This document shows positions 47,552 through 57,293 of a stretch of 64,000 nucleotides of DNA, in pieces. Location: contig OZ243930.1 in NCBI GenBank assembly GCA_965213975.1, positions 2,360,880 through 2,424,879 on the forward strand. Reading direction: 5' to 3'. Positions within the stretch are counted from its first letter, which is position 1, and each line of letters opens with the position of its first letter. A model generated the notes under the pieces. That model searched no databases. It worked only from the letters and a program-made list of their open reading frames with translations, and had not been told where the DNA came from. A program made the translations under genes and the position numbers. Source of the DNA: Candidatus Spongiisociaceae bacterium (GTDB lineage: Bacteria > Actinomycetota > Acidimicrobiia > Spongiisociales > Spongiisociaceae).

Positions 47552-48546
47552 TGATTCTTCCTCCGTGCGATGATCGAGCGACCGACGAAACGGCGAAGGC
47601 GCTCCGCGCCTCCGAGTTGTTGCTGCAGCGCTAGGCACCGTCGATAGTACAGGTGGATTCCATACTCCCATGCGAAGCCCATCCCGCCGTGAACCTGGAT
47701 AGCGTCCTCTGCAACCCGTCGAGCCACAGAAGCGGTCGCCGTGCTGAGGCTCGCGGTGAGTTGCGGGCGCGGTTCCTCAAGCCAGGCCAGCCGACTGACC
47801 GCGGAGCGGATGAGCTCACACCCGGCCCGCATATCGGCAAGCTTGTGTTGGATCGCCTGGAATCTGGTCAGCGGCCGCCCGAACTGGGATCGTTGCCGGG
47901 CGTAGTCCACCGACACCTCCGTGACTCGGTCAGCGATTCCGGACAGCTCAGCGATAACGAGGACCCGAGATCGATCCACGATTCGAGCATGGTCGGCTTG
48001 GGCCAGAACGGTTGCGGCATCGGGGTCGAACCTGAGCCGGGCGCGACCCTGCCCCGGGTCCACTCCGGGCTGGGGCTCGATGACACTGTCGGGATGATCG
48101 AGGTCAACAACTCGTGACGCTGTCTCTCCCACCACCAGCGCAGCCCTCGCTCCGTCTTCGATCCAGACCTCAGCCGACCTGCCATCAACGGGAGGGCAAC
48201 CGAGGGCCGGGAAGCCACATCCCCAACCAGCGTTGGGGAAAGGTTCTTCCGGAAGGTCCTTTATCACTAGGGGGCCCACGAGGGCCATCTTGAGGCGTGC
48301 GATTGTCGGCATCAACCGCCGACCGCCCACCCAGCCCACCACGCAGAGTTGGTCGAGGTCGAGTCCCAGGCCGCCATTCTGTTCAGGAACGGCCAGCTCG
48401 GCTAGGCCGAGTTCGTCCAACGCCGCCAGCAGGGTGGAGTCGGGTGCCTCTGCAGCAGCCGCCTGGAGCATCCGGTCGATCGGGGATAGTTCGGCGAGCA
48501 GGTGATCCAGCGTGGATGCAACTTCTAAAGCTGTGACGCCATTCAT
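47548..48546 (-). CDS. Acyl-CoA dehydrogenase, short partner subunit
   Basis: YARQRSQFGRP...FQAIQHKLADM, IQVHGGMGF.WE. Confidence 0.88.
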   Translation of the reverse strand: MNGVTALEVASTLDHLLAELSPIDRMLQAAAAEAPDSTLLAALDELGLAELAVPEQNGGLGLDLDQLCVVGWVGGRRLMPTIARLKMALVGPLVIKDLPEEPFPNAGWGCGFPALGCPPVDGRSAEVWIEDGARAALVVGETASRVVDLDHPDSVIEPQPGVDPGQGRARLRFDPDAATVLAQADHARIVDRSRVLVIAELSGIADRVTEVSVDYARQRSQFGRPLTRFQAIQHKLADMRAGCELIRSAVSRLAWLEEPRPQLTASLSTATASVARRVAEDAIQVHGGMGFAWEYGIHLYYRRCLALQQQLGGAERLRRFVGRSIIARRKNQ

Positions 48547-49703
48547 CAGAGGTCCAGCAACTGGCGAGCGATCACGTTGCGTTGGATCTCCGATGTGCCC
48601 GAGTAGATGCTGACCGAGCGAGACTCCAGGAGATCGTGGATCCACCCGTCGTCCAAGCCCTCGCCGGACAGATGGTCGAAAGCTGTGGCGAAGATCTCCT
48701 GGTATACGTCAGCCAAGAACAGCTTGTCCACGGAACTCGAACCCGGCACCAGCGTTCCGTTCTCCTGATGACCCAAGGTCCTGAACACCTGCGCCTCAAG
48801 CAGATCCAGTTTCGATTCCAGAACTCCCAGCGAGGCGACAGCATCTTCAAGCTTGCCGAGCGCATCGAGCCGGTCGACCAGATCGGCAAGCCGGCGTCGT
48901 AGACCGGTGGTCCGTTCCAATACGAACAAGCCACGCTCATAGGCCATCGCCTCCATGGCCACGTCCCAGCCATTGCCCAGCCCGCCCAAGACGTTCTCCA
49001 GAGGAACTTCGACCCCGTCGAAGAAGACCTCGCTGAAGTGGGGTTCGCCGAGCATCTGTAACAATGGCCGAACCGTCACGCCGGGTGATCCCATGTCGAC
49101 GATCAGGATGGTTAGGCCGGAGTGCCGTACCCCTTCGGGGTCGGTCCGCACCAGCATGGCGTTCCACTTCGATAACTCTGCGCGACTCGTCCAAACCTTC
49201 TGGCCGTCGACGACGAGAACGTCGCCGCGGACTTGCGCCCTCGTACGGACCGCGGCGAGGTCCGAACCGGCGTCTGGTTCAGAAAACCCCTGACACCAGA
49301 TCTCGCTGGCGTCGAGCATGCCGGGAAGGAACCGAGCCTTTTGCTCCTGGGTACCGAGGCTGAGAATCGTCGGCCCCCAGGTGTAGAGGGCGAGGCGGTT
49401 GATGAGCTGTGGCATGCTGGTCGCGGCGAGTTCCTGGCACAGCACGGCCTCCGCCGACAGACCCATCCCTCCGCCACCGAATTCGGTCGGCCAGGAGAGC
49501 CCGATGAAGCCAGCCTGGTGGAGCTGACGCTGCCATCGCGTGAGTGCTCCCATGCGAGCTTCATATTCGAATGGCGGCGGGCCCGGGTCGTTCTTACTGA
49601 ACCACTGGCGAAGGCCCAGCCTGAGGTCGTCGAACTCGCTCTCGACTCCCAACGTTGGTGGCACGACGCGGCCAGGTACGATGCGGCTGAACGGGGCTTG
49701 CAT
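48546..49703 (-). CDS. Acyl-CoA dehydrogenase
   Basis: WCQGFSEPDAGSDLA, GQKVWTS, EVFFD, IYSGTSEIQRNVIA; exact start uncertain. Confidence 0.92.
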   Translation of the reverse strand: MQAPFSRIVPGRVVPPTLGVESEFDDLRLGLRQWFSKNDPGPPPFEYEARMGALTRWQRQLHQAGFIGLSWPTEFGGGGMGLSAEAVLCQELAATSMPQLINRLALYTWGPTILSLGTQEQKARFLPGMLDASEIWCQGFSEPDAGSDLAAVRTRAQVRGDVLVVDGQKVWTSRAELSKWNAMLVRTDPEGVRHSGLTILIVDMGSPGVTVRPLLQMLGEPHFSEVFFDGVEVPLENVLGGLGNGWDVAMEAMAYERGLFVLERTTGLRRRLADLVDRLDALGKLEDAVASLGVLESKLDLLEAQVFRTLGHQENGTLVPGSSSVDKLFLADVYQEIFATAFDHLSGEGLDDGWIHDLLESRSVSIYSGTSEIQRNVIARQLLDL

Positions 49704-49779
49704 TACCCCCGATGATATCCCACATGTCATCACCAGCTCCGTTGCCAACGGCACCAAGCACGAGGAAGGCCGACTTGTC

Positions 49780-50481
49780 ATGACGAGAAATGTTCGACGC
49801 GCTCTGGTCACGGGAGCCGCGCGTGGAGTTGGGCACGCCACCTCTCTGGCGCTGGCCGACCGAGGCTACGAAGTTGTTAGCGTCGACATTCGCGAACAAC
49901 GCTTGAATGGAGCTTCGGCCACGATCAGCGCAGACCTGAGCGATTCGTCGGAGTGTGACCGGGTGATGGCCGAGGCGGGAAGGATCGACGTTCTCGTTAC
50001 CGCTCACGGATTGCTTGAGGCGCGAACGATCGAGTCCACAACTGTGGAGGACTTCGATCGAGCGGTTAGCGTGAACCTTCGTTCGGTGTTCCTGCTGTGT
50101 CAAGGGACCGCACCGTCCATGGCCGCGGAGGGATGGGGGCGCATTATCAACTTTTCCAGCGTCGTCGCCCGGACCGGGGGAGTTTCGTCCGCGCCCTACG
50201 CGGCTGCGAAGGCTGGCGTCATCGCGCTCACGAAGTCGTTCGCGACCGCGTACTCGAACCGGGGCGTCACCTGTAACGCCATAGCGCCCGCAGCTATCGA
50301 CACCGAACTAAACGCTTTCCTCGACGAAGCGGGGCGGAAGAGGATCATCGATCAGCTGCCGGTTGGTCGGTTCTCGAGACCTGAAGAATTTGCGGCGCTG
50401 GTCGTGTATCTCGCTGGAAACGACGCCGGATACATCACTGGCGCAACCATCGATATGAACGGCGGATGGGTGATGACCTGA
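49780..50481 (+). CDS. SDR oxidoreductase (FabG-like)
   Basis: TGAARGVG, YAAAKAG, NAIAP, ITGATIDMNGG. Confidence 0.92.
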   Translation: MTRNVRRALVTGAARGVGHATSLALADRGYEVVSVDIREQRLNGASATISADLSDSSECDRVMAEAGRIDVLVTAHGLLEARTIESTTVEDFDRAVSVNLRSVFLLCQGTAPSMAAEGWGRIINFSSVVARTGGVSSAPYAAAKAGVIALTKSFATAYSNRGVTCNAIAPAAIDTELNAFLDEAGRKRIIDQLPVGRFSRPEEFAALVVYLAGNDAGYITGATIDMNGGWVMT

Positions 50482-50500
50482 TGCAAGCCGGGAGGGATTC

Positions 50501-51682
50501 GTGGCATGCGCCAACATCTGCCCAACATCTGCAAACGTAGAGAGGGCGCCGCCCGCAGTCGCCGATACCGTGCGTGAGACGGAGGAGCGCTCGACGGCAG
50601 CCGAACGAGGGGAGCAACTTGCCCGTCACCTCCATGCCAACCCCGAGGCGGGGCTCGCCGAGTTTGATGCTTCGGAGCGCTGCGTACGCCTGCTGAGCGA
50701 TGGGGGATTCGGCGTCCAACGCGGCATAGCTTCGCTGGACACTTCCTTCGTCGCCGAGAAGACGCTGGGTGGGGAAGGACCGACGGTCGGCCTGGTGGTC
50801 GAATACGACGCTCTCCCGGAAGTCGGACACGGTTGTGGACACAATCTGATCTGTGGCGGAGTCATGGAAGCCGCGCTGGAACTGGCCGCCCGCTCCGATC
50901 TGCCGGGCGTTCTAAAGGTGATCGGCACTCCGGCCGAAGAACTCTTCGCTGGCAAGGCACCCATGCTTGAGGCGGGTGCCTTTGACGGTGTCGACGCTGT
51001 GTTCACCTATCACCCGTCTGACGTGGTCGCCGTATTTGGGACGCTGAACGGTGCCGCTCTGTTCGATTTGACCTTTCAAGGGCAAGCGTCACATGCGGCC
51101 AGCCGACCATGGGACGGTCGGAGCGCTCTCGACGGAGCGACTCTCGCCACTTACGCTCTGGCGATGGAACGCCAGTATCAACGTGACGGCTGTCGTATCC
51201 ACGCAAAGGTGGAGTCTGTGTCGGGGAGCCACAACATTCTGCCGGACATGGCCAGCCTCAGGGTGAACGTTCGAGCTCCGCGAGACGATCTGCTCCAAGG
51301 CCTCATCGAGGCCGTGCCTCGCATTGCCGAGGGATCGGCCCATGCCACCGCGACGACGGTCCGCGCGAATCTTGCGAGCAAAGCGCGTCCCTATCTGATG
51401 CATGGGGGGCTCGCTCGGCTTGCCTGGGATGTTCTGGGAGTTCCTACCGGCACGACCTACGACATCTCGGGTTCCAGTGACCTTGGTGACGTCAGCCAGG
51501 CGATTCCGACGGTATGTGTGACCGAGGTCGGTTGGTCACCCGTGACGTGGCACTCGCACGAACTGCACGCCGCCGCCGGTTCAGAAGGCGCAATCGCGTC
51601 GATGCATCGGGCCGCAGGCGTCTTGACGAGAATGGTCGAGCGGTTCGTGGCATCTCCCCACGAGTGGCTGGCGGAGCATTAA
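50501..51682 (+). CDS. M20 amidohydrolase (Acy1L2/AbgB-like)
   Basis: EYDALP..GHGCGHNLI, GTPAEE, GSSDLGDVS; start uncertain. Confidence 0.88.
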   Translation: MACANICPTSANVERAPPAVADTVRETEERSTAAERGEQLARHLHANPEAGLAEFDASERCVRLLSDGGFGVQRGIASLDTSFVAEKTLGGEGPTVGLVVEYDALPEVGHGCGHNLICGGVMEAALELAARSDLPGVLKVIGTPAEELFAGKAPMLEAGAFDGVDAVFTYHPSDVVAVFGTLNGAALFDLTFQGQASHAASRPWDGRSALDGATLATYALAMERQYQRDGCRIHAKVESVSGSHNILPDMASLRVNVRAPRDDLLQGLIEAVPRIAEGSAHATATTVRANLASKARPYLMHGGLARLAWDVLGVPTGTTYDISGSSDLGDVSQAIPTVCVTEVGWSPVTWHSHELHAAAGSEGAIASMHRAAGVLTRMVERFVASPHEWLAEH

Positions 51683-51960
51683 CCAACCTGCCAGTCGGGG
51701 GCGGGGTTTGAGCCCTCATGTACCACTACTTTTGGTTAGTCATCAAGCTTCTAGATCGGGTTAGCTCGGGGGGTTTGCGAGATTGGGCATTGCGAGGGTG
51801 TCCTCTTTGTTTCGGATGTGACTGCTTTGGGGCGGTTTGACAGCATCGGTACCGGTAGTGGGGCGCGTCCGTGCCAGCGCGGCGATTCTTACTGCGCCGG
51901 ACCCTTGCACCTGGTCCCTTTTGCCCTTGTTGGGTGGCCGTGAAGTGTGAGTGTTGATCG

Positions 51961-52041
51961 CGAGGCGGCAACCACCGACTCCACGACGCCATGTTCATCA
52001 CCGCGTTCGTCGCTACCGAACCGACCCCATCGCCCCGCGCC
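51961..52041 (+). pseudogene. IS110-family recombinase fragment (Transposase_20 C-terminal motif)
   Basis: RGGNHRLHDAMFITAFVAT, then a frameshifted RTDPIA. Confidence 0.7.
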
Positions 52042-52052
52042 GAACAAGGGTC

Positions 52053-52081
52053 TGGTCCGTGTCACAGGGATGTTCTACAGT
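52053..52081 (+). promoter_or_regulatory. Possible promoter for copy B
   Basis: TGGTCC-N17-TACAGT; shares GTCACA and TGTT spacer bases with promoter A. Confidence 0.4.
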
Positions 52082-52085
52082 GTGT

Positions 52086-52277
52086 ATTGCTAAGCACCGA
52101 TTCCGGCTTGTTAAGGCAGTTGCGACCGATCGGAAAGAGCCGGACCTTTGGGAACATCAATCTTGTAGAGCTACGGCCCACCGTGTCTCTCGGCTTCAGC
52201 CCGGGCATGGCCGAACACGCTCCGAACCTGGTGGTGTGAGGCGGGGGTGGGGCCCAGCACAGCTGGGGGAGCGCGCC
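52086..52277 (+). ncRNA. Candidate structured ncRNA copy B (IS110 bridge-RNA-like)
   Basis: ATTGCTAAGCACCGATTCCGGC...GGAACATCAATCTTGTAGAGCTA...AACCTGGTGGTG...GGGCCCAGC; inverted homolog of 45670-45860. Confidence 0.5.
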
Positions 52278-52338
52278 TCTGAGGAGGTGCGGTCACCTTT
52301 GGCGAACGTCAGTAGCTCGCTTCCCGCGCTCCTCAAGC

Positions 52339-52364
52339 TCCGTTAGGTTCGTCCGTTAGGTTCG
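52339..52364 (+). repeat. 13-bp perfect tandem duplication
   Basis: TCCGTTAGGTTCG x2. Confidence 0.85.
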
Positions 52365-52524
52365 GGTATACCCACTCATCGAGTGACCTTTTATTGAGTT
52401 GGGGACGAGGCAAGCGGTAGCACAAGGGTCATCTCTGCTAGGAAGGACCGCTCTGGGCTGGCGTAGAAGATCTCAGCAGCCTGCCCCTGTGGACTTTGCT
52501 CGCAGTCTCTAGATCCACAGCAAA

Positions 52525-53568
52525 CTACCGACCTGACCATGCGCCTGGTCGGACTTCGGTGCCTGACCTTTTTTTCCCTGCCAGAGCTGACAGGGCCTCC
52601 ATCACCACCCGATTGGCTGCCATGGCCGTCAGGTCGGCGTGGTCGTAGGGTGGGGACACTTCTACGACGTCCATCGCAGCAAGGTCGACCGCTTGAACGA
52701 TGCGCCGCACTGCCCGCAGCAGTTCCCGAGCGGTCATGCCGCCTGGCTCAGCCGTCCCGGTTCCGGGCGCGTGCGCGGGGTCAAGCACATCGATATCGAC
52801 GCTTAGGTAGACCGCGTCGGTGCCGTCTAAGGCTTCCTCTATAGCCCTATCGACGACCGCCTCCGCTCCGTCTTCTTCGATCTCGGTCATGAAATGGGTG
52901 CGGAAGCCCATCTGGCGCATCCAGGCGAGGGTGTCCTCGTCGGGCCAGTAACCCCGGAGCCCGACCTGCACGAAGTTGGGGCCCGCAATGGCACCGGACT
53001 CGAGGAGCTTGCGCATCGGTGAGCCATGGTTGGCGATCGGTCCGAACACCTCCCCGGTGTCGGCATGGGCGTCGAAGTGGACCATCCCGATCCGCTTCGG
53101 TTCGTTCGCCTCGGCGACCGCCGATGCCGAGGGCCAAGTGATCCCATGGTCGCCCCCGAGGACGATCGGGACCGCGCCGGTTCCAGCCAGATCACGGACC
53201 TTCCGATAGATCATCGCGTAGCTGCGTTCCAGCCAGGCCGGTTGGACATCAGCGTCGCCCGCGTCCAGTACGTTGAGTTCGCCGAAGACGTCTACTCCCA
53301 GTTGGAGTGAGTAGAAGTTTTCGTAGTTGTTGTTGGCGGCGCGGATCGCCCTTGGCCCGAACCTGGCACCCGGCCGGTAGGTAACCCCGTCATCGACCGG
53401 GGCACCCACGATCACCGCATCCGGCGCGCGGGCTGCGACGTCCTCTACGGACGTCACCATGGGGAGCTTGGCGAAGGTGGTTGCTCCCATGTAGGCGGGC
53501 TGGGCGAAGTCGGGGAGCTCCGCAAAGCTCGGGTTGTCCCATCCATGCATTGCCTCATAATTTGCCAT
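52525..53568 (-). CDS. speB: Agmatinase (ureohydrolase family)
   Basis: RPGARFGP, LGGDH, HFDAHAD, SVDIDVLDP..APGTGT, EVSP. Confidence 0.88.
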   Translation of the reverse strand: MANYEAMHGWDNPSFAELPDFAQPAYMGATTFAKLPMVTSVEDVAARAPDAVIVGAPVDDGVTYRPGARFGPRAIRAANNNYENFYSLQLGVDVFGELNVLDAGDADVQPAWLERSYAMIYRKVRDLAGTGAVPIVLGGDHGITWPSASAVAEANEPKRIGMVHFDAHADTGEVFGPIANHGSPMRKLLESGAIAGPNFVQVGLRGYWPDEDTLAWMRQMGFRTHFMTEIEEDGAEAVVDRAIEEALDGTDAVYLSVDIDVLDPAHAPGTGTAEPGGMTARELLRAVRRIVQAVDLAAMDVVEVSPPYDHADLTAMAANRVVMEALSALAGKKRSGTEVRPGAWSGR

Positions 53569-53571
53569 CGG

Positions 53572-56136
53572 CTACCTCTCCGTGGCTGACGGGGAATACG
53601 ACGAGTGCTCGCTTCGGGCGGCACCGCTCACTATACGGGTGTCGCCGGTTATCTGGTCTCGGTCCAGAATGACAAGATCGTCGATGCGCTCCTTCAGCTC
53701 AACGACATGGGAGACAACCATCACCAACCGATCCGATGCCGCGCTGACCAGGGATTCCACTCCTTGCATGGCCAGATCGAGGTGTTCGGAGTCCAGGGTC
53801 CCGAAGCCTTCATCGAGGAAGAAGGAATCCAGCCGCCCGCCGCTGCGTCCCACCATCTCGGCCAACGCCAAGGCCAGCGCCAACGAGGCCAGGAAGGTCT
53901 CGCCTCCGGAAAGACTGTCACAGGATCGCACCGAGTCGGCGGTGGTGTGGTCGATGGCCCGGAAGGTTCCATCCTCAGCGACGTCAAAACTGTACCGACG
54001 GCTTGACAGCTCGTGGAAGTGCCGACTCCCCAATTCCGCCAGGTTGACCCTCTCCTCGTCCAGAAGGAAACGGATAAACTTGGAGTTGTTGAAGTCATGG
54101 CGGATCCGTCGATGGATGTTTCGTTGTCGGACCTGCTCTGCCTTGGTGCACTTCAGCGATTCCAGGGTCGAGGCATCCTCCTCGGTCCGCCGAATGTCGC
54201 TAGCCAGCTTCTCGACCAGAACCGACAACTCGGCCAGGGTGGCCTCGATGCTGCCCCCGAAGTCGTGTTGGCGGCGGAGGCTTGTCATCTCCGCGGATGC
54301 CTGCTCCGCGGTGGCTCGGGCCTCGTTGAGGGTGTGTTGCTGCTGTGACGTCTCCTGTGACCAGGCGTCATGGAGCGCCCGCAGCGACCTCATGGCCGCG
54401 GCCGGATCGGGGTCAAGTGGGGGAGCTTCTCCAGCAAGAAACTCGAAGAGGACCGCCACGTTCGTGCGGATCTCCCCGAGCGCGTCCTGCGATTCTTTCT
54501 CGTGGCGCAGCATCTGGTTGAGGTGCCTCTGAGCATCGTCAACCGCGGCCTGCGCCTCCTCTACCTGAGCGCGCAGCTCGTCTATCAGGTTCTTTTCCCG
54601 CACGATCAGCACCGATGGGTCACCCTCACCGAGCATCCCGGTGAGTTCTCGGCGAGCTTCGTCAAGACGGGTTGCCAAGTCTCGGTTATCCGCTTCGCGC
54701 TCCTGGTGACGACGCGTCGCCCGGAGCAGCCGTTCGTTGACCGCGGCTAGGTCCGCGCTCAACCCGGCCGACTGTTGGGTGAGTTCGCTGAGGTGGTCAT
54801 CGGCGTTGCGTCGATGGCGTTTGGCCTCAAGCACCCCGCGACGAGCGCTCTCCGTATCGACGGTGCACGAGGACGGGACGGACGCCACCTCCTGTTCGCA
54901 GACCGGACAGGACTCGCCCACCACCAGTCTCTCCCGCAAGGTGCCAGACATGTCGGCCCGCACGGTGGTGTCTAGGTGCTGCTCGGCTACGGTTAGGCGC
55001 TCATCCGCCTCGGTCAGCACCACGGCCGCGGCCTGTCGCGACGCCTGGAGTCGCTCCAAGTTGGCGAGGTGTGAGTTCCGCTGCCGTTCGGTTTGCGCAA
55101 CCTCCTCAGCGGCCTGGACCACCTCCGAGAGGGACCGCTCCCGCATCTCCTCAAGGTCGTGCACCCGTCGGACCAAGGCACCGGCATCTTGCAAGAGTGC
55201 TTCCCGCTCCCTCACCTTCCGGGTGGTCGCTAGCTCTCGGGCCGCTTCGAGAGCGTGCGAAGATCGTTCTAGCTGGCGTTCGGCTTCCTGGCGCTGTGTT
55301 ATCGCCTCCCGGCATCGTGCGGCCACCTCATCGGCGTCGGATACGCTGATCAACTCGGCGGACCGCCGTTGCAGAGCAGTCAGCCTCGCCATGGCCTCTT
55401 CGATGGTCCGGCCTGCCTCCCGTTCGACCCTCTCAAGTTCCTCATAGCGTGGCCGGATACCTCTGAGGGCCTCCAGCCGAGCCTGCAGGACCGCGGATTG
55501 ACGGAGATAGCCTTCCAGCTGAGTCTCTGCCTGCTCCGCATGGCGAGCTTTGATGTCCAGCTTCTCGATCAGATGGTGGGCCTCGTTTTCTCGATCTCTA
55601 GCCAACTCCCTGACTTTGTCGAGACGGTCAAACCCGAACAGTCCCTTGAGTACCCGGTCGCGTTCCGCTGGCCTGGAGCTGAGAAACTCGGCGAATCTTC
55701 CCTGCGCCAACAGGACCGACCTCCCGAAGCCCGCAAAGTCGACCCCGAGAAGAGCCTCGACCCTGTCTCTCATAGCACGGGTACCGGTTATGGTTTCCCG
55801 GGGCCGCCCTCCGGCGTCTTGCCCTTCGCGCTCGTAGAGGACGTGTTGGGGGGTCCCCGCTCTTCTGAGGTTTCGCACGGCCTCCCAGATTGCCCCTTCC
55901 GCCTCGAAGAGCAATGCCACCGCCCCGTCTTCGGCCTGCTGGTGGATCAACGAGATGGCGTTGCGGCCCCCTCGTGGGGTTTGTCCGTAGAGGGCGAAGG
56001 AGATGGCGTCGAGGATGGTGCTCTTCCCCGATCCGATCGGCCCCACGATCCCGATCAGGCGACGGTCTCGGAAGTCGAACTCATGCTCACCGCGGTAGGA
56101 ACGGAAGTTGCGGAGTCGTAGCCTAAGAGGTCGGAT
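53572..56136 (-). CDS. sbcC: SbcC/Rad50 SMC-like ATPase (apparent ATC start)
   Basis: IRPLRLRLRNFRSY...GPIGSGKST, LAQGRF, CPVC zinc hook, LSGGE, FLDEGFG, VSH. Confidence 0.92.
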   Translation of the reverse strand: MRPLRLRLRNFRSYRGEHEFDFRDRRLIGIVGPIGSGKSTILDAISFALYGQTPRGGRNAISLIHQQAEDGAVALLFEAEGAIWEAVRNLRRAGTPQHVLYEREGQDAGGRPRETITGTRAMRDRVEALLGVDFAGFGRSVLLAQGRFAEFLSSRPAERDRVLKGLFGFDRLDKVRELARDRENEAHHLIEKLDIKARHAEQAETQLEGYLRQSAVLQARLEALRGIRPRYEELERVEREAGRTIEEAMARLTALQRRSAELISVSDADEVAARCREAITQRQEAERQLERSSHALEAARELATTRKVREREALLQDAGALVRRVHDLEEMRERSLSEVVQAAEEVAQTERQRNSHLANLERLQASRQAAAVVLTEADERLTVAEQHLDTTVRADMSGTLRERLVVGESCPVCEQEVASVPSSCTVDTESARRGVLEAKRHRRNADDHLSELTQQSAGLSADLAAVNERLLRATRRHQEREADNRDLATRLDEARRELTGMLGEGDPSVLIVREKNLIDELRAQVEEAQAAVDDAQRHLNQMLRHEKESQDALGEIRTNVAVLFEFLAGEAPPLDPDPAAAMRSLRALHDAWSQETSQQQHTLNEARATAEQASAEMTSLRRQHDFGGSIEATLAELSVLVEKLASDIRRTEEDASTLESLKCTKAEQVRQRNIHRRIRHDFNNSKFIRFLLDEERVNLAELGSRHFHELSSRRYSFDVAEDGTFRAIDHTTADSVRSCDSLSGGETFLASLALALALAEMVGRSGGRLDSFFLDEGFGTLDSEHLDLAMQGVESLVSAASDRLVMVVSHVVELKERIDDLVILDRDQITGDTRIVSGAARSEHSSYSPSATER

Positions 56137-57292
56137 TTCGCACCTCCTCCAGTAACCCCCGCAGCGCCCCGCCCAAGTCGTCGGGTGGGTCGACGCCCTC
56201 CTGCCGCCGGTAGTAGTCCCCGTATAGGTCGGTGATCCCTCGACCTTCCCGGGCGCGGCGTTCCTGCTCCTCCCTCGGATACTCAGCCCTCACCTTGACC
56301 ACGTACTTGAAACGCTCCCGAGCGAGGTCAGCAAGGCCGGGTTCGGGCCCTTCAGTCGTGACCACTAGGTCGAGGTAGCAGTCGTCAAGGTCCGTCGAAG
56401 CGCTTAACTCGGCCCACGTTCCGCTGGCCCGTCGGAGGCGGCGGCCCGCGGTGAGGTCAACCGAGCTGACCGCCGCAGGTCGGCCTGGGAGGACGTCGAC
56501 GATGACCACCCGATTGCGGTCACCAGCTTCCCCGAAGTCCAACTGCATCAAGGAGCCCGCGTATTCCGCGGGGGTAATCGCCGCCGGTACCGGCTGGGGA
56601 GCGTGGATGTGGCCCATGGCTACGTACTGAGGTCCGGGGGGAAGTTGTCCCGGTTGCATGGCGTAGACCTCGCCCATGTGGAGCGCCCGTTCCCCTCGCG
56701 GTGCGCCGTGGCCGTGGACCTTGGCACCGCCCACCAGGAAGTGGGCGGTCAGCACGGTCACGGCCTGCCCGGCCGCCACACGGTCGGCATGCTCGGCATA
56801 GGCATGAGAGATGGCGCGTAGCCTCCCGGCATAGCTTGCGTAGTGCTTTTCCGGAAGGGTCCAAGCGTCGAACGTCCTCCCCTCCCGCAAGAACGGGAAG
56901 CACGAGACGACCGCACTACCACTTGGGGTATTGAGCCGGATCACGCCGCCCTCTTCGGGTTTCTTGACCTCCCCGATCAGATGGACGTTGTGGCCCTTTA
57001 GGTACGGGGCCAGCGTCTCGAAGAAGGCAGGGTCGTCGTGATTACCGGCGATAGCGACCACCGGAACTGCTCCACCCCGACTTAGCCTGACCAGCCCGTC
57101 CAAACCGAGGCGAAGAGCGGCATTGGGGGCCCGGGGCCGGTCAAACAAATCACCGCTGTTCACGACGAGATCGACCTGCTCCTGTTTAGCGATGCCGACC
57201 ACCTCATCGATCACCTGTTCGTACTCGGCCATCCGATCGAAGCGGCCGATCTTCTTGCCGATGTGCCAGTCGGAGGTGTGCAGGATCCGCAT
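56123..57292 (-). CDS. sbcD: SbcD/Mre11 nuclease
   Basis: MRILHTSDWHIG, SGDLFD, IAGNHD, MGHIH, YAGS...DFGE. Confidence 0.95.
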   Translation of the reverse strand: MRILHTSDWHIGKKIGRFDRMAEYEQVIDEVVGIAKQEQVDLVVNSGDLFDRPRAPNAALRLGLDGLVRLSRGGAVPVVAIAGNHDDPAFFETLAPYLKGHNVHLIGEVKKPEEGGVIRLNTPSGSAVVSCFPFLREGRTFDAWTLPEKHYASYAGRLRAISHAYAEHADRVAAGQAVTVLTAHFLVGGAKVHGHGAPRGERALHMGEVYAMQPGQLPPGPQYVAMGHIHAPQPVPAAITPAEYAGSLMQLDFGEAGDRNRVVIVDVLPGRPAAVSSVDLTAGRRLRRASGTWAELSASTDLDDCYLDLVVTTEGPEPGLADLARERFKYVVKVRAEYPREEQERRAREGRGITDLYGDYYRRQEGVDPPDDLGGALRGLLEEVRNPTS

Positions 57293-57293
57293 G

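Noticed and set aside
53582-56121. Long plus-strand ORFs opposite sbcC, and similar antisense ORFs throughout the window
   Set aside because: Typical stop-poor shadow frames of high-GC genes with no recognisable motifs
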